A stretch of DNA of 32,000 nucleotides from positions 810,001 to 842,000 of the forward strand of contig NC_014034.1 of NCBI RefSeq assembly GCF_000021865.1, given 5' to 3'. This document shows, piece after piece, positions 8,779 to 17,314 of the stretch (positions are counted from its first letter, which is position 1; every line of letters starts with the position of its first letter). The translations under genes and the position numbers were made by a program. Under the pieces are notes generated by a model. It saw only the letters and a list, made by a program, of their open reading frames with translations, searched no databases and had not been told where the DNA came from. Origin of the DNA: Rhodobacter capsulatus SB 1003 (GTDB taxonomy: Bacteria; Pseudomonadota; Alphaproteobacteria; Rhodobacterales; Rhodobacteraceae).

Positions 8779-8856
8779 GGGGGGCTTTCCGCCCCCCTCT
8801 GCTCCTGCGGAGCATTCACCCCCCGAGGATATTTGCCGCAAGGTGAAAGGGGAGGG
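8779..8856 (+). repeat. REP-like intergenic element, copy B, 3-prime of the LysR gene
   Basis: GGGGGGCTTTCCGCCCCCC hairpin, TGCTCC-TGC-GGAGCA hairpin, then ACCCCCCGAGGATATTTGCCGCAAGGTGAAAGGGG. Confidence 0.65.
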
Positions 8857-8992
8857 CTGCGGCGCGCTGTGCCACGGGGAAAGCCCGGCTCGGGCCCGGG
8901 GCAGGAGGGGGAACCCAGTGTTTCACCCTGGAGCCTCATCGCGTTCCCGCCTGGACTGTGCCCGAACCCGTCGCCAAGCCGGTCGAGACTGG

Positions 8993-9066
8993 CCTTTGCC
9001 TTTTACCTTGCGGCAAATATCCCGGGGGGTGAGCGGCGCACCCGCGAGGGGGGCAGCGCCCCCCTG
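8993..9066 (-). repeat. REP-like intergenic element, copy C (inverted relative to B), 3-prime of pyrG
   Basis: The reverse complement reads GGGGGGCGCTGCCCCCC-TCGCGGGTGCGCCGCTC-ACCCCCCGGGATATTTGCCGCAAGGTAAAAGGCAAAGG. An 18-nt core (9005-9022) is the exact reverse complement of 8827-8844 in copy B. Confidence 0.65.
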
Positions 9067-9098
9067 TTGGGGCGCCCGCGACAGCGGGCGCAACCGTT

Positions 9099-10742
9099 TC
9101 AGACCAGACGGCTTTGCGCCAGCGCCGCTTTCACGAAACCGGCAAACAGCGGATGCGGCGCGAAGGGTTTCGACTTCAGCTCCGGGTGGAACTGCACGCC
9201 GATGAACCAGGGATGGTCCTTGTGCTCGACGATCTCGGGCAGACGGCCGTCCGGGCTCATCCCCGAGAACACCAGACCGCAGTTTTCCAGCGCTTCGCGA
9301 TAAGTGATGTCGACCTCGTAGCGGTGGCGGTGGCGTTCCTCGATTTCGGTCTTGCCGTAAACCTCGGCCACTTTCGAGCCCGCCGTCAGCTGCGCCGAAT
9401 AGGCGCCCAGACGCATCGTGCCGCCCTTGTCGTCGGTCAGCTTCCGCTCCACCCGGTGGTTGCCCTGCACCCATTCCTTGAGGTGGTAAACCACGGGCGT
9501 GAAACGCTTTTCGCCTGCCTCATGGTCGAATTCCTCGGAGCCCGCATTGGCCAGCCCCGCCATGTTCCGCGCGGCCTCAATGACCGCCATCTGCATGCCC
9601 AGACAGATGCCGAGATAGGGCACGCCCTTTTCGCGGGCGAATTGCGCGGCGCGGATCTTGCCCTCGGTGCCGCGTTCGCCAAAGCCGCCGGGCACCAGAA
9701 TGGCGTGGAAAGGCTCCAGATGCGGCGCCGGGTCTTCGCGTTCGAAGATCTCGGCGTCGATCCATTCCGCCTTCACCCGCACCCGGTTCGCCATGCCGCC
9801 ATGGGTCAACGCCTCGGCGATCGACTTGTAGGCGTCCTCGAGCTGCACATATTTGCCGACGATGGCAACGCGGACCTCGCCCTCGGCATGGGTCAGCCGG
9901 TCCATCACATCTTCCCAGCGGCTCATGTCGGGCCGCGGCGCGGGCGAGATGCCAAAGGCGTTCAAGACCGCCTGATCCAGCCCGGCGCGGTGATAGGCCA
10001 AGGGCGCCTCGTAGATCGAGCGCAGGTCATAGGCCGGGATCACGCTGTCGGGCCGCACGTTGCAGAAAAGCGCGATCTTCGCGCGTTCCTTGTCCGGGAT
10101 CGGATGTTCCGAGCGGCACACCAGCACGTCGGGCTGCAACCCGATCGAGCGCAGCTCCTTGACCGAATGCTGCGTCGGCTTCGTCTTCAATTCGCCCGAG
10201 GCCGCCAGATAGGGCAGCAGCGTCAGGTGCATGAAGATGCACTGCCCGCGCGGGCGTTCCTGGGCGAATTGCCGGATCGCTTCGAAGAAGGGCAGGCCCT
10301 CGATGTCACCCACCGTGCCGCCGATCTCGCACAGCATGAAATCGACCTCGTCATCGCCCACGGCAATGAAGTCCTTGATTTCATTTGTGACGTGCGGGAT
10401 CACCTGGATCGTCTTGCCCAGGTAGGCGCCGCGGCGCTCTTTCTCCAGCACGTTCGAATAGATCCGCCCGGACGACACCGAATCCGTCTTGCGGGCGCTG
10501 ACGCCGGTGAAGCGTTCGTAATGGCCCAGATCAAGGTCGGTCTCGGCGCCGTCATCGGTGACGAAAACCTCGCCGTGTTCGAAGGGGCTCATCGTGCCCG
10601 GATCGACGTTCAGGTAAGGGTCGAGCTTGCGCAGCCGCACCGAAAAGCCGCGGGCCTGCAGAAGGGCGCCGAGGGCGGCCGAAGCCAAGCCCTTGCCCAG
10701 CGAGGAAACCACGCCCCCGGTGATGAAGACATAACGCGCCAT
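9099..10742 (-). CDS. pyrG: CTP synthase
   Basis: Internal ATG at 10742 of track ORF 9099..10838. The product starts [33 protein letters not shown]..., the canonical PyrG N-terminus. It has a C-terminal glutamine amidotransferase domain (GICLGMQ, HRHRYEV). Confidence 0.95.
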   Translation of the reverse strand: MARYVFITGGVVSSLGKGLASAALGALLQARGFSVRLRKLDPYLNVDPGTMSPFEHGEVFVTDDGAETDLDLGHYERFTGVSARKTDSVSSGRIYSNVLEKERRGAYLGKTIQVIPHVTNEIKDFIAVGDDEVDFMLCEIGGTVGDIEGLPFFEAIRQFAQERPRGQCIFMHLTLLPYLAASGELKTKPTQHSVKELRSIGLQPDVLVCRSEHPIPDKERAKIALFCNVRPDSVIPAYDLRSIYEAPLAYHRAGLDQAVLNAFGISPAPRPDMSRWEDVMDRLTHAEGEVRVAIVGKYVQLEDAYKSIAEALTHGGMANRVRVKAEWIDAEIFEREDPAPHLEPFHAILVPGGFGERGTEGKIRAAQFAREKGVPYLGICLGMQMAVIEAARNMAGLANAGSEEFDHEAGEKRFTPVVYHLKEWVQGNHRVERKLTDDKGGTMRLGAYSAQLTAGSKVAEVYGKTEIEERHRHRYEVDITYREALENCGLVFSGMSPDGRLPEIVEHKDHPWFIGVQFHPELKSKPFAPHPLFAGFVKAALAQSRLV

Positions 10743-10756
10743 GAGACCCCCGTGAC

Positions 10757-10797
10757 AAGCAAAAGAAAGGCTTGTTCCGGTCGGGATCGACCGGAAC
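10757..10797 (-). terminator. Stem-loop plus T-run downstream of secG (minus strand), between secG and pyrG
   Basis: Minus strand reads GTTCCGGTCG-ATCC-CGACCGGAAC followed by AAGCCTTTCTTTTGCTTG. The 10-bp perfect stem was read directly. Confidence 0.55.
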
Positions 10798-10892
10798 CAC
10801 GGGATTTGACTGATACACGATTCGCAGCCTGCCCGCAACCAGACCGCAAGACTTGGAGTAAACTAAGAGCCGAAGTCCCAGTTATAGTGGGC

Positions 10893-11336
10893 TCAGTTCG
10901 AGGCGGGCGCCTCCGGCGCCGGCGTTTCGGTCGCCGCGGGCGCTTCGGCCGGGGCCTCGGTGGCCGCGGGCGGCGTGACCGGCGGCACGACCGGCTCGTC
11001 GGTCGAGGGCGGCGGCGCCGAGATCAGCGGCGAGGTCCCGGTGCTGCCGGGCGCGGCGGGCGCCTCGGCCGGGGTGGTGTCGACGACCGAGGCCTCCTTG
11101 CCCGCGCGGGCCGAGAAAACCGTCAGCGTGATCGAGGTCGCCAGAAAGCCGATGGCAAAGATCCAGGTCAGCTTGGTCAGCGCATTCGCCGCCTGCCGCC
11201 CGGTCATCACGCCGCCACCGCCACCCCCGCCCATGCCAAGGCCGCCACCTTCCGAGCGCTGCAGCAGCACCACCCCGATCAGGAGGAGCGCCAGCACGAG
11301 GTGGACGACGAGGATGACGTTTTGGACGTTTTCCAT
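10893..11336 (-). CDS. secG: Preprotein translocase subunit SecG with an extended Pro/Ala/Thr-rich C-terminal tail
   Basis: Track ORF of 147 aa. The N-terminus MENVQNVILVVHLVLALLLIGVVLLQRSEGGGLGMGGGGGGG is the SecG TM1 plus Gly-rich loop, and a second TM is WIFAIGFLATSITLTVF. The position next to pyrG is a common synteny. Confidence 0.85.
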   Translation of the reverse strand: MENVQNVILVVHLVLALLLIGVVLLQRSEGGGLGMGGGGGGGVMTGRQAANALTKLTWIFAIGFLATSITLTVFSARAGKEASVVDTTPAEAPAAPGSTGTSPLISAPPPSTDEPVVPPVTPPAATEAPAEAPAATETPAPEAPASN

Positions 11337-11511
11337 GAGGGAGGCGCGCCTTTGTTCAATCGACGCGCCTATCTAGGCGCTTGGGCCACGGCGCGCAACC
11401 CGGTTTTCTGCCGCTGCCGGGCCGGGCGGCGTCCTTGCGGCGAAAAATCGGTTTCCCCCGGGCGTTCACCCCGCTATATGTCGCGCGGTTTCAGACCTGC
11501 GGAGAATGCGA

Positions 11512-12804
11512 ATGGCCAACGTGGTGGTTGTCGGCGCCCAATGGGGCGACGAAGGCAAGGGCAAGATCGTCGACTGGCTCAGTGAACGGGCCGACGTCAT
11601 CGCCCGCTTTCAGGGCGGCCACAATGCGGGCCACACGCTCGTCATCGGCGGCAAGGTCTACAAGCTGAACGCGCTGCCCTCGGGCGTCGTGCGCGGCGGC
11701 AAGCTTTCGGTGATCGGCAACGGCGTCGTGCTGGACCCCTGGCATCTGGTCAAGGAAGTGGCGGCGATCCGCGAACAGGGCGTCGAGATCAATCCCGACA
11801 ATCTGATGATCGCGGAAAACACCCCCCTGATCATGCCGTTCCACGGCGAGCTGGACCGTGCGCGCGAAGCCCATGCCGCGGTGGCGAAGATCGGCACCAC
11901 CGGCCGCGGCATCGGCCCCTGCTACGAAGACAAGGTCGGCCGTCGGGTCATCCGTGTCGCCGATCTGGCCGATGACGAGACGCTGCAGCTGCGCGTCGAT
12001 CGCGCGCTTGTCCATCACAACGCGCTGCGCGCCGGGCTGGGCCTTGGCCCGATCGATCGTGACGCCGTGCTGGCCGATCTGCGCGCCATCGCCCCCGAGA
12101 TCCTGCAATATGCGAAACCGGTCTGGAAGGTCCTGACCGAGCTGCGCAAGGCGGGCAAGCGGATCCTGTTCGAAGGCGCGCAGGGCTCTCTGCTCGACAT
12201 CGACTTCGGCACCTATCCCTTTGTCACCTCCTCGAACGTGATCGCGGGGCAGGCGGCGACGGGCGTCGGCCTCGGGCCGAATGCGGTCGATTATTCGCTT
12301 GGCATCGTCAAGGCCTATACCACCCGGGTGGGCGAGGGCCCGTTCCCGACCGAGCTGAAAGACGACGACGGCGAGCGTCTGGGCACGCGCGGCCATGAAT
12401 TCGGCACCGTCACCGGGCGCAAGCGCCGTTGCGGCTGGTTCGATGCGGTGCTGGTGCGCCAGACCTGCGCGATTTCCGGCATGAAGGGCATCGCGCTGAC
12501 CAAGCTTGACGTGCTGGACGGGTTCGAAAAGCTCAAGATCTGCGTCGCTTACGATGTCGATGGCGTGCGCTACGACTATCTGCCGACGCAGGCTGCGCTG
12601 CAGGCAAAGGCGAAGCCGATCTACGAAGAAATGGACGGCTGGTCGGAAAGCACGCAGGGCGCGCGGTCCTGGAACGATCTGCCCGGCGCGGCGGTGAAAT
12701 ATGTCCGCCGCATCGAGGAGCTGATCCAGTGCCCGGTGGCGATGCTCTCGACCTCGCCCGAGCGCGACGACACCATCCTGGTCACCGACCCCTTCGAGGA
12801 TTGA
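11512..12804 (+). CDS. purA: Adenylosuccinate synthetase
   Basis: ATG at 11512 lies 7 nt after GGAG. The product [23 protein letters not shown]...GGHNAGHT...[14 protein letters not shown]... matches canonical PurA motifs. Confidence 0.95.
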   Translation: MANVVVVGAQWGDEGKGKIVDWLSERADVIARFQGGHNAGHTLVIGGKVYKLNALPSGVVRGGKLSVIGNGVVLDPWHLVKEVAAIREQGVEINPDNLMIAENTPLIMPFHGELDRAREAHAAVAKIGTTGRGIGPCYEDKVGRRVIRVADLADDETLQLRVDRALVHHNALRAGLGLGPIDRDAVLADLRAIAPEILQYAKPVWKVLTELRKAGKRILFEGAQGSLLDIDFGTYPFVTSSNVIAGQAATGVGLGPNAVDYSLGIVKAYTTRVGEGPFPTELKDDDGERLGTRGHEFGTVTGRKRRCGWFDAVLVRQTCAISGMKGIALTKLDVLDGFEKLKICVAYDVDGVRYDYLPTQAALQAKAKPIYEEMDGWSESTQGARSWNDLPGAAVKYVRRIEELIQCPVAMLSTSPERDDTILVTDPFED

Positions 12805-12808
12805 GCCC

Positions 12809-13054
12809 GTGCCGATCCCCTACAAGACCCGCCGCCGTCTGGCGCTTTTTGTTCTGGTCGTCGGCCTGCCCGCCTATATCGTCGCGGCGGTTTCCGCCGT
12901 CGCCTGGGCCGAGGCGCGCTGGGGCGGGCTGCCCTGGTGGGGATCGGTGCTGGTCTATGTGGGACTGGGCTTTCTCTGGATCGCGCCGATGAAGCCCGTC
13001 TTCATCGGCGTCGGCAAACCCGATCCGGACGCGCAACCGCCTGAACAGAAATGA
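12809..13054 (+). CDS. Small two-TM membrane protein (DUF2842-like), probably co-transcribed with purA
   Basis: Track ORF of 81 aa with a GTG start 4 nt after the purA stop. It has two hydrophobic helices (LALFVLVVGLPAYIVAAVSAVAW, SVLVYVGLGFLWIAP) and is followed by a strong hairpin. The family name is from memory. Confidence 0.55.
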   Translation: MPIPYKTRRRLALFVLVVGLPAYIVAAVSAVAWAEARWGGLPWWGSVLVYVGLGFLWIAPMKPVFIGVGKPDPDAQPPEQK

Positions 13055-13080
13055 AAACGGAGGGGCGAGCCCCTCCGTTT
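13055..13080. terminator. Bidirectional stem-loop between the convergent purA unit and the 795-aa gene
   Basis: AAACGGAGGGG-CGAG-CCCCTCCGTTT. On the minus strand it is followed by TCATTTC. It lies between the stops at 13054 (+) and 13101 (-). Confidence 0.7.
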
Positions 13081-13100
13081 CCGCATCGCGTCGTCCGGTT

Positions 13101-15488
13101 TCAGGCGCGGGCCTGATAGAACCGGCTCGCCTCGGTGATCGCGTATTGGCCGCGCTTCACCTTGGCGATCTTCCCCTGACGCAACAAGGTTCCGAACATC
13201 CGCAGCCGGTCTTCGCGGCTGAAGCTGGCGTCGCCCACGGCCGAGACCTTGCTCATGATCTGCGGCGGCGAGAAATGCGGCCGCCCCTCGACCTGCGCGG
13301 TATAGGCGGCGGCGGCTTCCAGCAGCTCGGCCAGACCCTGCGGCGCCCGGCTTTGCGCGAATTCGGCAAAGCTCGAGGCTTCCTCGGGGCTCAGCGGCAG
13401 CTCGATCTCGTCGTCGGTGGCCTCGGGGGCGGGCTCCTGCGTCAGGCTGGCGGCGATGATCCGGCGCGGACGGACCGCCTGCGCCTTGGCGACGGCCTCT
13501 GCGGGGGCGCGGTCGACGCGCTGTTCGGAGACCAGCACCAGCGGCGCCGGGCGTGCCTCGGGGCGGGCGGCGGTCTGATGGTGGCTTTCGCCGACCGCGG
13601 GCAGCACCGGACGGCGCGGCCGCACCGCCTGGGTCAGATCCTGCCGATAGGGCGCGGTTTCGTCCTTTTGCGCCTCTTCGGTGCCGGCCCGGCGTTCGGC
13701 CACGGTGGCGGCCACCGCGGCCTTGAGATGCGCGATCGCCGAAATCCGGCGCCGGTTCTCGTTGCCTGCCATCTGCGCATCGGCCTTTTCCAGCAGCCGC
13801 GGCAGGTCGCCTTCGGGCAGCGGCGGCACTTTCGCGGCCGGGCGCGCGGGCAGGATCAGCGGCTCGGCCGGATGGGTGCGGCGCTCGGCGACACCGGGCG
13901 GCGGCGCGTCGGGCGGCAGCGTGACCACGGTGAAGGCGGCAGGCGCGGGCGTGTCTTCGGCGAAAAGCGCGTCGATGTCGATCTCGGGTTTCTTCGCCGC
14001 GGGCGCTTCGGGCACGGCAGAAGCGGCGGCGGCCTCTTCCTCCGGCTCGGGGTCCAGCTCGACCACCAGCGCCTCGATTTCGACCTCGGGCTCCGGCGCG
14101 GCTTCGGCCGCAAGCTGGGGCTCGGGGGCGGGTTCGGGGACGGCTTCGGGGGCGACGGGGGCAGAGGCGACTTCGGCTTCGGCGCTTTCGGTGCTCCAGC
14201 CCTCGATGCCCCAATCGACATCGCCCAGATTTTCCGTCAGCGCGGCCAGTTCCGCCATCAGCTCGGCTTCCGCCTCGGGGCTCAGCGCCGCCGGTTCCGG
14301 CGCGGCCGGGCTTTCGGGGGCAGCGGCTTCGGCCATCGTTGCGCTGACCGAAGCCAGCATCCGGTCGATGTCCTCGGCGGCGGGGTCCGCGACGGATGCG
14401 GCTTCGGGCGTCGTTGCGGGCGCGGTTTCGGGGGCGGGCACCGGCGCGGCGGCGGCCAGCGGCTCGGCGCGGCGCAGCTTGATCACCCGGGCGCGGATCA
14501 CCGGACGGGGCGCCTCGGGCGCGACCGCGGCTTGCGCTGCCGCAACCTCGGGCGCGGTCGTCTCGGGCGCAGTCGTCTCGGGGGCGGCGGGCGTCGACAC
14601 GGCCTCGGCCGCCGGTTCGGCCGCATCCTCGGCGGTGCCCTGCGCCTCGGCCTGCACCTGACGGGCGGCGCGGCGTTCGGCACGGCGGCGCATGCGCTCG
14701 ATCTTTTCGGGATCCATGCTGCCCGGGGTCTCGTCTTCCTCCTCGTCCTCGCTGTCAAGGGCCGGATCGGGAAGGGCGGCTTGCGTCACCGCGGCGGGCG
14801 GCGCTTCGGCGCCCGGCTCCTCTGCCGCCAGATCCTCCGCACGCAGCGGACCCGAGATGTCCAGCGCGAAGCCGAAATCCTCGGGCGCGGCGATCGCCTC
14901 GGTCCCGGGGTCGGTCTCCGCTTCGGGCACGGCTGCGGCCACAGGTTCGGCCTCGGGGATTTGCGCGGTCTGGACGGGGGCGGTCTGGACGGGGGCGCTC
15001 GGGGCGAGGTCCGGATCCGCGTCGGGCTCTGCCGGTCCCTGCGCCGCGCGCGCCTGCGCCACCGCCGAGCGGATGCGCTGCAGCTTCGCCGCCACCGATT
15101 CGCTGATCGGATCGCCGCCGACCTCGGGGGGCGCCGCGATGGGGGCCGCCGCGACGGGGGCCGCGGGCGTCCCGGCAACGGGCGTCCCGGCGGGCATCGC
15201 CACCACGACAGGGGCCGGTTCCCGCGCCGCCGCCTCGCCCGGACGCAGGATCACGCCGTTCTTCTCGATCTTCGCATCGACCCGCCGCGCCATTTCGCGC
15301 TCGGCGATGCGATGCAGCATCTCGGCGTCGGGCTGCGGCGGCTCGGCGCCAAAATACCGATCTTCCGCGGCCAGATCGCGGAAATATTCCGCAATCGCCT
15401 TCATCGTCGTGAAGGGTTCGTCGAACCCCTCCAGCGTGCACGAGAAGGTGCCGTAGGAGACGGTTAAGATCTTGCTCGCTCCAACCAT
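13101..15488 (-). CDS. Hypothetical 795-aa acidic Ala/Pro/Glu-rich protein with structured N- and C-terminal domains
   Basis: Internal ATG at 15488 of track ORF 13101..15527, preceded by AGGAGAGG. The N-terminal roughly 90 aa (MVGASKILTVSYGTFSCTLEGFDEPFTTMKAIAEYFRDLAAEDRYFGAEPPQPDAEMLHRIAEREMARR) and C-terminal roughly 90 aa (…RPHFSPPQIMSKVSAVGDASFSREDRLRMFGTLLRQGKIAKVKRGQYAITEASRFYQARA) have normal composition. They flank about 600 aa of A/P/E/T low complexity. I recognise no family. Confidence 0.7.
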   Translation of the reverse strand: MVGASKILTVSYGTFSCTLEGFDEPFTTMKAIAEYFRDLAAEDRYFGAEPPQPDAEMLHRIAEREMARRVDAKIEKNGVILRPGEAAAREPAPVVVAMPAGTPVAGTPAAPVAAAPIAAPPEVGGDPISESVAAKLQRIRSAVAQARAAQGPAEPDADPDLAPSAPVQTAPVQTAQIPEAEPVAAAVPEAETDPGTEAIAAPEDFGFALDISGPLRAEDLAAEEPGAEAPPAAVTQAALPDPALDSEDEEEDETPGSMDPEKIERMRRRAERRAARQVQAEAQGTAEDAAEPAAEAVSTPAAPETTAPETTAPEVAAAQAAVAPEAPRPVIRARVIKLRRAEPLAAAAPVPAPETAPATTPEAASVADPAAEDIDRMLASVSATMAEAAAPESPAAPEPAALSPEAEAELMAELAALTENLGDVDWGIEGWSTESAEAEVASAPVAPEAVPEPAPEPQLAAEAAPEPEVEIEALVVELDPEPEEEAAAASAVPEAPAAKKPEIDIDALFAEDTPAPAAFTVVTLPPDAPPPGVAERRTHPAEPLILPARPAAKVPPLPEGDLPRLLEKADAQMAGNENRRRISAIAHLKAAVAATVAERRAGTEEAQKDETAPYRQDLTQAVRPRRPVLPAVGESHHQTAARPEARPAPLVLVSEQRVDRAPAEAVAKAQAVRPRRIIAASLTQEPAPEATDDEIELPLSPEEASSFAEFAQSRAPQGLAELLEAAAAYTAQVEGRPHFSPPQIMSKVSAVGDASFSREDRLRMFGTLLRQGKIAKVKRGQYAITEASRFYQARA

Positions 15489-15628
15489 GGGCGTTTCGCC
15501 TCTCCTGAACCTCATTGCGTTCACCATGCTTGGGAACTGGTGCTTTCCGGTGAACGAAATAGGGCAAATGCAGGGAATTTTAGCGATATCGGTTGCATGG
15601 CTTTGCCTTAATCATCATCAATCATGCC

Positions 15629-16300
15629 ATGAATGCGGAAATTGTCCATTGTGAAGGCGGGGTCACGCTGCTGGGCGGGGGAATCGCCGCTCCGGCCGAT
15701 GTTGCCAATTCGTTGACGATCGCGCCAGTGCTGGTGGCGGCCGATGGCGGCGCCGACCGGGCTTTGGCGCTGGGTCTGATGCCTGCGGCGGTGATCGGCG
15801 ACATGGACAGCCTCTCGGCGGCGGGCCGGGCGGCGCTGGCCGGGCGGCTGCATCCGGTGGCCGAACAGGACAGCACCGATTTCGGCAAATGCCTGCGGCT
15901 GGTCGCGGCGCGGTTCTATCTCTGCCTTGGCTTCACCGGGCTGCGGCTTGATCACACGCTGGCGGCGCTGACCGAACTGACCACGCGGCCCGGGCAGATC
16001 GTGATCCTGATCGCCGAGGACGAGGTGATCTTTCGCGCCCCCCCCCGGCTGGCGCTGGATCTGCCCTTGGGCACGCGGCTGTCGCTGCATCCGATGGGAC
16101 CGGCTTCCGGGCGCTCGACCGGGCTGCGCTGGCCGATCGACGGGCTCGCTTTCGCCCCCGAGAGCCGCACCGGCACCTCGAACGCGGTGACGGGCCCGGT
16201 GACGCTCGAGATCGACGGCCCGATGCTGGTGCTGCTGCCGAAGGATCAGCTCAGCCCCGTGCTGCACGCGCTTTTGCCGCCAGACGTTCGCGGTGAATGA
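15629..16300 (+). CDS. Thiamine pyrophosphokinase (thiamine diphosphokinase)
   Basis: Track ORF 15593..16300. The motifs VAADGGA, IGDMDS and EQDSTDFGKCL match the TPK catalytic domain. ATG 15629 is preferred over TTG 15593, but the start is uncertain. Confidence 0.7.
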   Translation: MNAEIVHCEGGVTLLGGGIAAPADVANSLTIAPVLVAADGGADRALALGLMPAAVIGDMDSLSAAGRAALAGRLHPVAEQDSTDFGKCLRLVAARFYLCLGFTGLRLDHTLAALTELTTRPGQIVILIAEDEVIFRAPPRLALDLPLGTRLSLHPMGPASGRSTGLRWPIDGLAFAPESRTGTSNAVTGPVTLEIDGPMLVLLPKDQLSPVLHALLPPDVRGE

Positions 16301-17162
16301 TGTAAAGCCCCGAGGCGGTGATGATGCCGATGCCGACCCAGGTCAGCGCATTCGGGAAATCGCCGAAGACCAGATAGCCGAACAGCGTCGCCGTCAGCAT
16401 CTCGAAATAATGCAGCGGCGCCAGGGTCGAGGAGGGGGCGTATTTCAGCGCATAGCTCATCGACATGTGGCTGACGGTGGAGGCCAGCCCGACGCAGAAG
16501 CACCAGAGCCAGAAGATCCCCTCGGGCGTCTCGAACCGGACCTGGCCGATGTCGAATTGCCCGCCCAGCGCCAGGATCGGGATCAGGATCACGATGGCGG
16601 CCCAGGCGGTGTGCAGGTTCATCGGCACCGGATGCATGTGGCGCGACAGCGCCCGCGTCAGCAGGATGTAAAGCGCGAAACCGACCGCCGTGCCCAAGGG
16701 ATAGAGCGCGACGACGCCGAAGACGGCAAAGGACGGCTGGATCACGAAGAGCGCGCCGATGAAGCCCACGACCGAGGCGGCGATCCGGCGCGGCCCGACC
16801 TCTTCGTGCATCACGAAGCGGCCGATGAAGAGGATGACGAAAGGTTCGACAAAGGCGATGGCCAGCGCATCGGCGATCGGCATGTGCTGCACGGCCGCGA
16901 CAAAGGAATAGGTCGAGAGCACCGAGACCGCGGCGCGCGCAAAGGTCAGCGCCAGCGCCCGGCGGCTCATGCCCCAGGGATGGCCCAGAAGCGCCACGAT
17001 CGGCACCATCAACAGCAGCTGCGCGACATAGCGGCCCAGCGTGACGGTGCCGACGGGCACGGCTTGCGCGGCCAGTTTCGAGGCGACGTCGATCAGCGGC
17101 GCGATGATGCAAAAGCCAAGCATCAGCAGGATGCCGGGCAGGATACGGTCTTGATGGCTCAT
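16251..17162 (-). CDS. DMT-superfamily (EamA-like) transporter
   Basis: Track ORF of 303 aa with about 10 predicted hydrophobic helices in two repeated halves, the typical EamA architecture. Confidence 0.85.
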   Translation of the reverse strand: MSHQDRILPGILLMLGFCIIAPLIDVASKLAAQAVPVGTVTLGRYVAQLLLMVPIVALLGHPWGMSRRALALTFARAAVSVLSTYSFVAAVQHMPIADALAIAFVEPFVILFIGRFVMHEEVGPRRIAASVVGFIGALFVIQPSFAVFGVVALYPLGTAVGFALYILLTRALSRHMHPVPMNLHTAWAAIVILIPILALGGQFDIGQVRFETPEGIFWLWCFCVGLASTVSHMSMSYALKYAPSSTLAPLHYFEMLTATLFGYLVFGDFPNALTWVGIGIITASGLYIIHRERLAAKARAARG

Positions 17163-17314
17163 GCTTTCGCCTAGCCTGCGGGGCAGGGGGCGTCCATCCT
17201 GAAAACGACGGGCGGCGGGCGATTTGCCGCGATCCGCATTGCCGGGTTGAGGGCGGGCGCGCTTGGGGGGTAGGCTTGCCGAAAGCTTCAGGCCCGACCT
17301 TACAGGAGACCGCC

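Noticed and set aside
7648-9066. REP-like copies B and C considered as the terminal inverted repeats of a MITE or IS element.
   Set aside because: The 160-bp segment they bracket encodes nothing. No target-site duplication is evident. Each copy is better explained as belonging to the 3-prime end of its own convergent gene. Mobility cannot be judged from one window.
9099-10838. Extended N-termini given in the ORF track for pyrG (10838), both MCPs (21536, 23478), hupT (26458), hupU (27465), hupV (28595), phaP (6490), phaR (7064), purA (11506), atpI (313) and atpE (1597).
   Set aside because: The extensions are junk-like, overlap upstream genes or RBS sequences, and precede internal starts. Those internal starts have Shine-Dalgarno motifs and reproduce canonical family N-termini.
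14551-14995. Short tandem repeats, and the repeated GC hairpins elsewhere, considered as a possible CRISPR array.
   Set aside because: The repeats are 15 bp, immediately adjacent with no spacers, and lie in frame within a coding region. The REP-like copies are kilobases apart and have no regular repeat-spacer periodicity. No cas genes are present.
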